64,000 bases of DNA from Nitrospira sp. GTDB taxonomy: Bacteria; Nitrospirota; Nitrospiria; Nitrospirales; Nitrospiraceae. This document shows positions 52,597 to 62,994 of the stretch, piece by piece. Location: positions 288,001 through 352,000 of the forward strand of contig AP038806.1 of assembly GCA_047150005.1 (NCBI GenBank). The letters are read 5' to 3'. Made by a program: the position numbers and the translations under genes. Positions within the stretch are counted from its first letter, which is position 1. Every line of letters starts with the position of its first letter. The notes beneath the pieces were generated by a model. The model searched no databases. It was not told the DNA's origin and saw nothing but the letters and a program-made list of their open reading frames with translations.

Positions 52597-52965
52597 CTAC
52601 CATCGATTGTACGGAACCCCGTTGGTTCCCACGAACTCAGATCCTGAGAAGACGTCGATGACACCTTCCTCGGTCCCCCCAGTAATCTCCTGCCAGGTGG
52701 TCTCGGAATTGGTAAATGGGTCCCTGGGGACAGTTCGCAAGTACCCCGTGGACACCAAGACCTGCAGGGAAGCGGGGAATTTGCCCTGATCCGCCCGATG
52801 TTGATCGAGAATGTCGCGCAACGTGAAGAGATCTTGCCGTAACGCCGCCTCCCTGGCCTTGACCAGTGAGGCCTGATATGTCGGTATCGCCATGGTCGCC
52901 AGGATTCCGACGATCGAAACGACGATCAACAACTCGATCAACGTGAAACCGTTGCGGATCGACAC
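52597..52965 (-). CDS. gspG: GspG-like pseudopilin
   Basis: G|FTLIELL N-methylation motif, GYLR.VP.DP; likely GTG start at 52965. Confidence 0.88.
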   Translation of the reverse strand: MSIRNGFTLIELLIVVSIVGILATMAIPTYQASLVKAREAALRQDLFTLRDILDQHRADQGKFPASLQVLVSTGYLRTVPRDPFTNSETTWQEITGGTEEGVIDVFSGSEFVGTNGVPYNRW

Positions 52966-52972
52966 CGCACGG

Positions 52973-53479
52973 CTACCAATCGCGATATTTGGTTCCATCG
53001 AGCGCGACGTCATCGCTTTTCGTCATCACGTCGTAGATGTCTTCGCCGCACCAGTTTGATGCGTCAGGCGCATCCTTGTAGCAGCGGAACTGCCAATCCG
53101 CCTTCCCGGTCAAGGGATCGACGGGAAGATTCCGCAGGTACCGCCGGATCGTCGTCCCTCGAACCGTCGCTTCCTCTCCCGTGAGAGTTACCCCCAGCAA
53201 CACGTTCAGGGATTTTGGATACCCATAGACGCTGCTGACCTCTTTGCAGGTCAGTTTGTTCTTCAGACACACAGGGCCGACCACCACATCACCGTCGCGA
53301 TTCCATTCCAGCTTGAAGGTGTCAATGGCCGCCCGCACGACCCGCAGATGCTGTCTCAGCTCCACTTCGTGCGCTCGTTTGGTCGACAGGCGGCTCAACG
53401 GAAGCGCCACTGAAGCCAGGATCATCACGATCGTCAGCGTCACCATCAATTCCAGAAGCGTGACGCCGGACTCCCTCAC
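52973..53479 (-). CDS. type II secretion pseudopilin
   Basis: G|VTLLELM, RYLRNLPVDP, DG.KY.DW. Confidence 0.88.
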   Translation of the reverse strand: MRESGVTLLELMVTLTIVMILASVALPLSRLSTKRAHEVELRQHLRVVRAAIDTFKLEWNRDGDVVVGPVCLKNKLTCKEVSSVYGYPKSLNVLLGVTLTGEEATVRGTTIRRYLRNLPVDPLTGKADWQFRCYKDAPDASNWCGEDIYDVMTKSDDVALDGTKYRDW

Positions 53480-55842
53480 CGCACCCTCACGACCGCCCTT
53501 CCGTCGAAAGACGGTGGTGAGGAATCTCCAGGTGCGTCCTTGAGCGACACGCTCACAGGAGACACTCCGGGAGCCTTCGCCACAAACGTCGCGATAACGT
53601 TCCGTCCGCTGCCTGGCGCCCGCGGCGCAGTGGGAGAGATCCTAAACTCAACCGGCGCGTCCTCTTCAAAGCTGGCTCCCGATTCAGGCGCTGTCCGGTC
53701 GGCTGGAACGACATCGCCGTGGACCAGCGACTTGAGCTGCAAGATCTTCGAATCAAACCGCAGTTGAAACAAACCATCCGCGGAGGGGCGCAGCCGTTCA
53801 TCGTTGAATGACAGCCTGAATTCCTTGCCCACCGATACGACGGAGGTTTCAGGCCTGATCGAGACGATTTGCCCGGCCGTGGCCATGCGGGCCAATGAAG
53901 CGACAGCGGGCTTGCCCGACCCGCTCGTCTTCGCAATCCCGCCGAGCTGCGCACCCGTCACACCGGAGTTCAACAGCTTGGAGCCGGAAATCGTTTTACC
54001 CTGTGGGGTGAACAACGGATTCGTCGCATAGGTAGAGTCGGTCCCCGACCAAAAGGTCTGTTTGCTCGGACCTGGCGGCGTCATCGATTGCACGATATGC
54101 GGCGTCAACGTCAGAATCACTTCCGTGGTCACTCGCTGCGTCTTGAACGAACTGATGAGATTGCCGATGAACGGGAGGTCTCCCAGCCAGGGGACCGTGA
54201 CCTTCGTGCGGCGATCCTCTTCCTGAAGCAACCCGCCCAGAACGACAGTTTCTCCATCCTTGACGCTGAGCATCGTTTCCGCCGACCGATTTCCGAATTT
54301 GAACTGGGTGATCGGAGGATTGGCCTGCAGGACCACCTGCTCTCCCAATCGCACCACCTCAATCTTCATCTTCAAGGAGAGTTCATTGGCGAGATGGATC
54401 GCCGGTTCGACCGTCAACTTCACGCCGGTATCCCGGAACTCGATTGAGGTCACCGTCGACGTAGTGGGCACGGCTCCGGTCGAAGCCTGACCGGGTAGCA
54501 CGTTGGTGGTGGAGAGAAGAATCGGCTGCTTGTCGCCGATGTTGATTTCGGCCTTCTTATTATTGACGACGCGTACTTTCGGGGAAGCCAGTGTTTTGGC
54601 GTCCGTCACCTGCTTGAAGAAATCCAACTGAACGTTCGTAGGCAACTTAAAAAGGTAATTTCCTTTCCCAAGACTCGTCAATTGCTGCAACGTAAACTGC
54701 TGTGCCACATCGCCGGTGATGACCCCGGCAAATCCCGGAGGGACCATGGCCGCCGCGGCATTCTTGGGATACGTCAGACCGTACGTCTGGTCCGTGGTTC
54801 GATCGACCTCCAGCACCTCAACTTCGAACAGCACCTCGGAATCCAGACGATCATTGGCCATGATGATCTTTTCGGCCATCTCGATCTTTTCCGGTTGATC
54901 CCGGATGACGATGGTGTTCAATTGCTCATTGGCATGCATGCGCTTGGAGTCCAGCATGCTCTTCAGCAAGACCACCATGTCCTTGGCCTTCGCGGTTGAT
55001 AGATAGAACGTTCGCACCATAAGATCCTGATACTGCTCCTGCTTCTGCTTGGTATTCGGGCTGATGATCATGACGCCGGGCGACACCACCCTCGAGAACA
55101 GACTGTTGCTGTTCAGAATCAGATTCATAGCGTCGTCAAACGGAGTATCTTGGATCGCGATGGTCACGGGATCATCGCGGACGTCCTTGTCGAAGATCAG
55201 GTTCATTCCACCCGCTTTACTGATCCCTTCCAATACCTCTTTTAGACCGGCGTTGCGAAAGCGAAGCGTAATGGGCTGTTTGCGGCGATCCTCCCGGTTC
55301 ATCGCCTGTTGCTCTTCCGTGAGTTTCGCGATGCTTTCCAGCGGATCGGCAAAAGACGGGTCAAGCTCGGCGGCTTTGGAGTAACTTTCCATCGCCTCGT
55401 CAGTCCGGCCGAGCTGCGCAAGACGGTCTGCCTCCTTGTATTGCTGCCGCGACTCCTTCAACCGATTGGCTTCGGCGAATCCCGATTGATGTTCGGCATT
55501 CGTCGGCTCAATCGTCAGTGCCCGTTTGAACTGTTCGGCCGCCAAATCGAACTGGCGTTCCTTGAGATAGGCGCGTCCTTTGTCTCCGTATTGCGCGGCC
55601 GCCCGGTTCCTCGCCATCGCGTACTTTTCCAAAAGACTCGGACTAAAGGGATCATCCTTGAGAGCCTGTCGATAGGCCAGGCTCGCCTCCTCCCACTGTC
55701 CCGCGGCAAGCAGTTGGTCGCCACGCTTGAGATCTGACGACGTGAAGTACGCACAGCCTGCCAGCGATACCAACACCACGAACGTGACAATCCTGATAGG
55801 TGGACGCGCGCGGAAAACGGTCCTGAAAATGAAATCTTTCAT
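53476..55842 (-). CDS. gspD: lipoprotein secretin (GspD/PilQ family) with TPR repeats and a cohesin-like C-terminus
   Basis: LAGC lipobox, TPRs, LASPKVRV.NN..A.I.IG, VPWLGDLPFIG.L, TPHIV. Confidence 0.92.
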   Translation of the reverse strand: MKDFIFRTVFRARPPIRIVTFVVLVSLAGCAYFTSSDLKRGDQLLAAGQWEEASLAYRQALKDDPFSPSLLEKYAMARNRAAAQYGDKGRAYLKERQFDLAAEQFKRALTIEPTNAEHQSGFAEANRLKESRQQYKEADRLAQLGRTDEAMESYSKAAELDPSFADPLESIAKLTEEQQAMNREDRRKQPITLRFRNAGLKEVLEGISKAGGMNLIFDKDVRDDPVTIAIQDTPFDDAMNLILNSNSLFSRVVSPGVMIISPNTKQKQEQYQDLMVRTFYLSTAKAKDMVVLLKSMLDSKRMHANEQLNTIVIRDQPEKIEMAEKIIMANDRLDSEVLFEVEVLEVDRTTDQTYGLTYPKNAAAAMVPPGFAGVITGDVAQQFTLQQLTSLGKGNYLFKLPTNVQLDFFKQVTDAKTLASPKVRVVNNKKAEINIGDKQPILLSTTNVLPGQASTGAVPTTSTVTSIEFRDTGVKLTVEPAIHLANELSLKMKIEVVRLGEQVVLQANPPITQFKFGNRSAETMLSVKDGETVVLGGLLQEEDRRTKVTVPWLGDLPFIGNLISSFKTQRVTTEVILTLTPHIVQSMTPPGPSKQTFWSGTDSTYATNPLFTPQGKTISGSKLLNSGVTGAQLGGIAKTSGSGKPAVASLARMATAGQIVSIRPETSVVSVGKEFRLSFNDERLRPSADGLFQLRFDSKILQLKSLVHGDVVPADRTAPESGASFEEDAPVEFRISPTAPRAPGSGRNVIATFVAKAPGVSPVSVSLKDAPGDSSPPSFDGRAVVRVR

Positions 55843-56024
55843 ACCCCTAGAAGGAACCAAAGAACGAAGAACTCTTCGTGAATAATTGGGAATGGCGATG
55901 CCAATCGGAGTCTAGCCCAACTCCAACACATTGTGGAGCAAAAGAGACTTTCCGACAGCCTCGACTATGGGGAGAACAGTGGTTTCAGAGGTTGTGGCGT
56001 GATACAGCCGCAGCAGCAACTTCT

Positions 56025-57326
56025 TCACAAACGCCAATACTTGATGCATGCAGGAAGCTTCGCTTGGTCGAGCAGGCACTTGACGTCGATCACCACTCCG
56101 TCATGCTGGCTTCTGAGCGGCAACAACAGGTTCTGAGAGTCCATCTCCGCATAGGCCCGATGGGCAACGGCCAGCACGATACCGTCCATATCCTTGAGCT
56201 GTTCCCACGTGCTCAGATGAATGCCATATTCTTCGACAGCTTCTTCAGATTCGGCGATCGGGTCATGCACCAAGACCTGCACGCCATACTCTTTGAGTTC
56301 GTGGATGATATCTGGAACCTTGCTGTTTCTCAGATCCGGGACATTTTCTTTGAAGGTCAGGCCCAGGACCGCGACTTTCAGGTCGTTGATAGGGCGATTG
56401 AGCTGACTTAACCGCTTCATCGTTTGCTCGGCCACAAACTTGCCCATTCCGCTGTTGATGCGCCGCCCCGCAAGGATCACTTGCGGGTGATAGCCGACAG
56501 ATTCCGCTTTGCTCGTCAGATAATAGGGATCCACGCCAATGCAATGTCCACCGACCAGCCCGGGTGAAAACTTGAGAAAGTTCCACTTTGTTCCGGCAGC
56601 TTCCAATACCGACTTCGTGTCGATACCGAGGCGGTGGAATATGAGCGCCAATTCGTTCATGAGGGCGATGTTCAGATCCCGCTGCGTGTTCTCGATGACC
56701 TTGGCCGCTTCCGCCACCTTGATACTCGACGCCCGATGAATCCCGGCCTTCACGACCAAGGCATAGGTACTGGCGACGATCTCCAACGATTCCGCATCCT
56801 GGGCCGAAACCACTTTGACGATCTTCTCCAGCGTGTGCTCCTTGTCACCGGGGTTGATTCGTTCCGGGGAATAGCCGAGCTTGAAGTCCACACCGCATTT
56901 CATGCCGGATGTCTTCTCTAAGATAGGTTGGCAGACTTCCTCGGTGGCGCCGGGGTAGACGGTGGACTCAAAAACTACAATCGAGCCCGGCGAGAGATTG
57001 GCGCCGATCAATTCAGATGACTTGCGTAACGCGGTGAGATCCGGCTGCAAGGCCTCATTAATGGGTGTCGGCACCGCCACAATGATGAAATCGGCGGCCT
57101 TCAAATCCGCAGGTTCGGACGTAAACCGAATGCGAGCACTCTTAAGATCCACCTCGGACACTTCACCCGTCCGATCGAAACCTTTGCGCAACTCATTGAT
57201 CTTTGTTTTGTTGATGTCGAAACCAACGACCTCGCCTTGCTTGCCGAACGCCACTGCAATCGGAAGTCCGACGTATCCGAGTCCGACGACGGCCACTTTC
57301 CTCGCTCTCACCGACTGATTAACCAT
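56025..57326 (-). CDS. nucleotide sugar dehydrogenase (UDP-N-acetylhexosamine dehydrogenase, TviB/WbpO-like)
   Basis: GLGYVGLP, ESTVYPG, SPERINPGD, GGHCIGVDPYY; AAGGAGG RBS before the ATG at 57326. Confidence 0.93.
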   Translation of the reverse strand: MVNQSVRARKVAVVGLGYVGLPIAVAFGKQGEVVGFDINKTKINELRKGFDRTGEVSEVDLKSARIRFTSEPADLKAADFIIVAVPTPINEALQPDLTALRKSSELIGANLSPGSIVVFESTVYPGATEEVCQPILEKTSGMKCGVDFKLGYSPERINPGDKEHTLEKIVKVVSAQDAESLEIVASTYALVVKAGIHRASSIKVAEAAKVIENTQRDLNIALMNELALIFHRLGIDTKSVLEAAGTKWNFLKFSPGLVGGHCIGVDPYYLTSKAESVGYHPQVILAGRRINSGMGKFVAEQTMKRLSQLNRPINDLKVAVLGLTFKENVPDLRNSKVPDIIHELKEYGVQVLVHDPIAESEEAVEEYGIHLSTWEQLKDMDGIVLAVAHRAYAEMDSQNLLLPLRSQHDGVVIDVKCLLDQAKLPACIKYWRL

Positions 57327-57747
57327 ATATTCCTCCTTGCAGAGTTTTCCCAGAATGGCAGAACCTCCGATTTCCGTCAACGAACTCAGGGAATCAACCT
57401 GGCCGGTCTGAGGGGATTGATCCAGTGAGCCTTGCACTGTTCAATTTCCACGCTCCTGTTCAGAAGAGCATCCAGTACACTGTGCCGTTTGATGGCATTT
57501 CTGCACAGCAGTTAGATTGCCCGCCGCTCGAACAAAAATTCACAAGTGATTGATTCCCGTGACAGCGCCTAGTGCGGCCTACAATGCGCCGCTGGACGCG
57601 GCGGAGGGGCATTGCTCTTGCTTTGTCCTCCGTGCCCTGATCCACGACTCAAAGACGTGACACCGCTTTATCGGGAAACGTCGACATGTGCGGCACTGTG
57701 GATCGGCCATCGTTCTGGTCAGATGCTGGTAACACGGAGGCTCGACC

Positions 57748-60700
57748 ATGCCCCATCCACTGGGATCTTCCTCGATAGGTTCAATTGGGTTCAGACCATG
57801 CGCAGGGCTATTGGTGCTACTCAATAGGATTTGCCTATGTGGGATCCTCTTGGCTCTGACCACACCGGAAGCTGCTGTTGCTGAGAACCCTCCCCTGACC
57901 GCGGCCAAAACAGCTGAGTCCAAGAATACGGCGATAAAGGCGGGGCGATCTCATCGATTGATCAGAAAGCCGGCCCTATCTGTCGCCCCGATTAAGGAAC
58001 ACGCCATATCGTTATTTCCCCAAGAAACATCTCAAACTCCGGCTTCCAGATCGGTTCCACTTTCTCCACAAGCAGACTCGACTCTCGCGCCCCCAACAAG
58101 AACGGAAACTTCGGCTCCCAAGGTTACCTCGGCACAGGCTATTTCTTCCTCTCTCACCATCTCCAGTCCTTTGCCGATCGCCGCAGCATCACCCCCACCG
58201 AACAGTGCCACAGTCGTCCCGGCCGGTACTGCCAAGCCATTGGCCGCATCAGTTTCAGGATTGCCAGAGTCGGGGAGCAAGCGTGGCCGCAGCCTTCAAC
58301 AGATCATTGCAGACGTGCCCAACCTCGCTCAGCTCATGTCGCCACCGGTCGTGAGGCCCGCCACTCCTCCCTCCTCTTCACCTCCGGTCCCTCCCATGAT
58401 CCGAATCAATCCGATGAGCGTCTCCTTTACAGCCACACAGGGCGGCTCGGCACCTTCATCGCAAACACTCAGCATCAGCAACACCGGCGGCGGCACCCTC
58501 ACCTGGTCGGCCAACGACAGCGCCGCCTGGTTGGCCCTCAGCCCCGCCTCCGGCACCGGGAACGGCGCCGTCACCCTGACCGCCTCCACCGGCAGCCTCA
58601 CCGCCGGCAGCTACAGTGGCAGCGTCACCGTCAGTGCCACCGGTGCCACCCCCGTCACGATCCCCGTCGCCTTTACCGTGACGCCGGCCCCCGTGCCCCC
58701 GGCCATCGGCTTGAGTCCGACCAGTCTGTCGTTTACCGCTCAACAGGGCAGCGGCAATCCCGCCGCTCAAACCGTCACGATCAGCAACACCGGCGGCGGC
58801 ACCCTCACCTGGTCTGGTCGGCCAACGACAGCGCCGCCTGGTTGGCCCTCAGCCCCGCCTCCGGCACCGGGAACGGCGCCGTCACCCTGACCGCCTCCAC
58901 CGGCAGCCTCACCGCCGGCAGCTACAGTGGCAGCGTCACCGTCAGTGCCACCGGTGCCACCCCCGTCACGATCCCCGTCGCCTTTACCGTGACGCCGGCC
59001 CCCGTGCCCCCGGCCATCGGCTTGAGTCCGACCAGTCTGTCGTTTACCGCTCAACAGGGCAGCGGCAATCCCGCCGCTCAAACCGTCACGATCAGCAACA
59101 CCGGCGGCGGCACCCTCACCTGGTCGGCCAACGACAGCGCCGCCTGGTTGGCCCTCAGCCCCGCCTCCGGCACCGGGAACGGCGCCGTCACCCTGACCGC
59201 CTCCACCGGCAGCCTCACCGCCGGCAGCTACAGTGGCAGCGTCACCGTCAGTGCCACCGGTGCCACCCCCGTCACGATCCCCGTCGCCTTTACCGTGACG
59301 CCGGCCCCCGTGCCCCCGGCCATCGGCTTGAGTCCGACCAGTCTGTCGTTTACCGCTCAACAGGGCAGCGGCAATCCCGCCGCTCAAACCGTCACGATCA
59401 GCAACACCGGCGGCGGCACCCTCACCTGGTCGGCCAACGACAGCGCCGCCTGGTTGGCCCTCAGCCCCGCCTCCGGCACCGGGAACGGCGCCGTCACCCT
59501 GACCGCCTCCACCGGCAGCCTCACCGCCGGCAGCTACAGTGGCAGCGTCACCGTCAGTGCCACCGGTGCCACCCCCGTCACGATCCCCGTCGCCTTTACC
59601 GTGACGCCGGCCCCCGTGCCCCCGGCCATCGGCTTGAGTCCGACCAGTCTGTCGTTTACCGCTCAACAGGGCAGCGGCAATCCCGCCGCTCAAACCGTCA
59701 CGATCAGCAACACCGGCGGCGGCACCCTCACCTGGTCGGCCAACGACAGCGCCGCCTGGTTGGCCCTCAGCCCCGCCTCCGGCACCGGGAACGGCGCCGT
59801 CACCCTGACCGCCTCCACCGGCAGCCTCACCGCCGGCAGCTACAGTGGCAGCGTCACCGTCAGTGCCACCGGTGCCACCCCCGTCACGATCCCCGTCGCC
59901 TTTACCGTGACGCCGGCCCCCGTGCCCCCGGCCATCGGCTTGAGTCCGACCAGTCTGTCGTTTACCGCTCAACAGGGCAGCGGCAATCCCGCCGCTCAAA
60001 CCGTCACGATCAGCAACACCGGCGGCGGCACCCTCACCTGGTCGGCCAACGACAGCGCCGCCTGGTTGGCCCTCAGCCCCGCCTCCGGCACCGGGAACGG
60101 CGCCGTCACCCTGACCGCCTCCACCGGCAGCCTCACCGCCGGCAGCTACAGTGGCAGCGTCACCGTCAGTGCCACCGGTGCCACCCCCGTCACGATCCCC
60201 GTCGCCTTTACCGTGACGCCGGCCCCCGTGCCCCCGGCCATCGGCTTGAGTCCGACCAGTCTGTCGTTTACCGCTCAACAGGGCAGCGGCAATCCCGCCG
60301 CTCAAACCGTCACGATCAGCAACACCGGCGGCGGCACCCTCACCTGGTCGGCCAACGACAGCGCCGCCTGGTTGGCCCTCAGCCCCGCCTCCGGCACCGG
60401 GAACGGCGCCGTCACCCTGACCGCCTCCACCGGCAGCCTCACCGCCGGCAGCTACAGTGGCAGCGTCACCGTCAGTGCCACCGGTGCCACCCCCGTCACG
60501 ATCCCCGTCGCCTTTACCGTGACGCCGGCCCCCGTGCCCCCGGCCATCGGCTTGAGTCCGACCAGTCTGTCGTTTACCGCTCAACAGGGCAGCGGCAATC
60601 CCGCCGCTCAAACCGTCACGATCAGCAACACCGGCGGCGGCACCCTCACCTGGTCGGCCAACGACAGCGCCGCCTGGTTGGCCCTCAGCCCCGCCTCCGG

Positions 60701-61700
60701 CACCGGGAACGGCGCCGTCACCCTGACCGCCTCCACCGGCAGCCTCACCGCCGGCAGCTACAGTGGTGGCAGCGTCACCGTCAGTGCCACCGGTGCCACC
60801 CCCGTCACGATCCCCGTCGCCTTTACCGTGACGCCGGCCCCCGTGCCCCCGGCCATCGGCTTGAGTCCGACCAGTCTGTCGTTTACCGCTCAACAGGGCA
60901 GCGGCAATCCCGCCGCTCAAACCGTCACGATCAGCAACACCGGCGGCGGCACCCTCACCTGGTCGGCCAACGACAGCGCCGCCTGGTTGGCCCTCAGCCC
61001 CGCCTCCGGCACCGGGAACGGCGCCGTCACCCTGACCGCCTCCACCGGCAGCCTCACCGCCGGCAGCTACAGTGGCAGCGTCACCGTCAGTGCCACCGGT
61101 GCCACCCCCGTCACGATCCCCGTCGCCTTTACCGTGACAGCGCCACCGCCTCAGCCTACCATCAGTTTCAGTCCATCGAGCATTGGCTTCACCGGAACGG
61201 CCGGCAGTTCCAATCCAGCATCCAAGACCATCGTGGTCACGAACAGCGGAACGGGTACGCTGACATGGACCGCCACAGATAACGCCAACTGGCTGACGTT
61301 GTCACAATCGGGCAGTTCGTTAATAGCCGCAGCGAATATCGCGGGCCTGGCAGCGGGAAATTACAGCGGCGTGATCACAATCACCGCATCGGGCGCAACC
61401 AACACACCACGGACCGTGCCGGTCACACTTACGCTTACTGCCCCGCCACCGACGACCACCGGATCCGCCACGTTAACTTGGCAACCGAATACTGAACCGG
61501 ATCTTGCCGGATACAAGGTCTATCGGGCCACCTCCTCGGGCGGATATGGCGCACCGATCGCGACACTGCAGGGAAATACTACGCAGTATGTGTCGAGCGG
61601 TCTACAACAAGGGACGACTTACTTCTTTGTCGTCACTGCTTACGACAGAGCAGGCAATGAAAGCGCTTTCTCAGCCGAGGTCAGCAAAAGCATCTATTAA
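57748..61700 (+). pseudogene. large surface protein with ~10 BACON/Ig-like domains and a C-terminal FN3, split by a frameshift (ORFs 57748-58890 and 58842-61700)
   Basis: Hydrophobic leader, Pro/Ser linker, W..LSP.SG.G repeats, ATLTW..DLAGYKVY..YFFVVTAYD.AGNES; 5-bp TGGTC duplication at 58810-58819. Confidence 0.8.
58474..61139 (+). repeat. coding tandem array of 306-bp units (~8.7 copies)
   Basis: TGGTCGGCCAAC recurs at 58504, 58815, 59121, 59427, 59733, 60039, 60345, 60651 and 60960. Confidence 0.97.
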
Positions 61701-62059
61701 ATGTCGCTGGCGGCCGCGGCGGCGGAGCTTACTCTAGAGAAGAGTTACCAGACTTCTCAACTGTACGAATCCGGTTGAACGGTTTCACTAAGCTGTAGGA
61801 AAAGAAGTCCTGCATGCACGCTCTTGGAGATCGGCGTCGTAGCTTAAGACTCGAACATATGTGGAATGTCGTACAAGGATACAGACCGTCACATTCCATT
61901 TGGAAATCGAGAACTCAGACCGGATCCTGCAACTATTTGTTTTGTAGTATCAATCTCCACCACAAGCTGCCATAATTTGACGGCGAGCCCCTGGGCATCA
62001 CTCTTGCTGATGACCCTGCCGGCACCAGCCGTTTCATGAATTTCAACTGATGAGATGAA

Positions 62060-62941
62060 ATGAGGAGCAGGATCATGCGCATTGAGGGTAGGACGTTGCT
62101 TGCTGCAGCCGCACTTATCGTGGGCATATTCTATGGCGGTGAGACACAGGCGGGTGTTTACTTTGAGGAGGGCTTTGAGGGGACTTTGACACCCAATTGG
62201 TCCACTGATTCATGTAGTTATATGGGTATTAGCTCACCCGCTAATGGGTGCAACCCTTCCATCTCGTCTGATATGGCACATGGCGGCAGCAAGTCGCTCA
62301 AAGGTAACTATACAGGTACCTGTGCCGTCGCCGGCACACCTGGTGCCGATTGCGGAGTCTGGGCCTATCGCTCATACGGCCCGACTGATGACCTATGGCT
62401 GCGATTCTGGTATCGCACAGCGAATTTTACCTACAACTTCAGTAACACAAAGAACGTTTACCTAAACACTTCCTCCACAGGTGTACCAAACGGCGTCTGG
62501 GAACATGTTTACGGGTCCCGTGAAATAAGTTTCACGATGCAAAATGTCGTTGAAACATGCCCCAGCGGATCTACCGTCACCTGTGTGTACCTACCCAATG
62601 TCAGTTCTGTTCCGCTTTCCGATAATCAGTGGTACTGCATTGAAACGCACAACAAGATGAACACACCAGGGCAAGCGAATGGGGTCATTGAAGCGTTTGT
62701 TAACGGCGTACAAACGGTGGGGTACTATAACCGCACATTTCGCGGCACGTCATCCAACGGTGCTCCTAGTGGCAATTCTTCTACGGCTCAGTTCAGCGGC
62801 CTGAAAATCTTCGTTCAGGCTGGCTCCGGTTACATGTATTATGATGATTTTGCCGCAGGCAACACGAGAATCGGATGCGGTACCGGAACGGCGCAAGACG
62901 TCACGGCGCCAGCAAGCCCTTCCGGCCTGCGCATACAATAG
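62060..62941 (+). CDS. secreted ConA-like / polysaccharide-lyase-like beta-sandwich protein
   Basis: Signal peptide; F.EGFE, AHGGSKSL, LWLRFW, NQWYCIE..MNTPG..NG, YYDDF. Confidence 0.7.
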   Translation: MRSRIMRIEGRTLLAAAALIVGIFYGGETQAGVYFEEGFEGTLTPNWSTDSCSYMGISSPANGCNPSISSDMAHGGSKSLKGNYTGTCAVAGTPGADCGVWAYRSYGPTDDLWLRFWYRTANFTYNFSNTKNVYLNTSSTGVPNGVWEHVYGSREISFTMQNVVETCPSGSTVTCVYLPNVSSVPLSDNQWYCIETHNKMNTPGQANGVIEAFVNGVQTVGYYNRTFRGTSSNGAPSGNSSTAQFSGLKIFVQAGSGYMYYDDFAAGNTRIGCGTGTAQDVTAPASPSGLRIQ

Positions 62942-62994
62942 CGACTGCTGAGAGCTTGTCTCCCCAAAAACGATGTATCACTCCGTGTGCGACG

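Noticed and set aside
58767..60920. 717-aa Gly-rich minus-strand ORF
   Set aside because: Antisense shadow of the GC-rich coding repeat.
58474..61139. CRISPR array or non-coding satellite
   Set aside because: The 306-bp units are contiguous, have no spacers and encode in-frame 102-aa domains.
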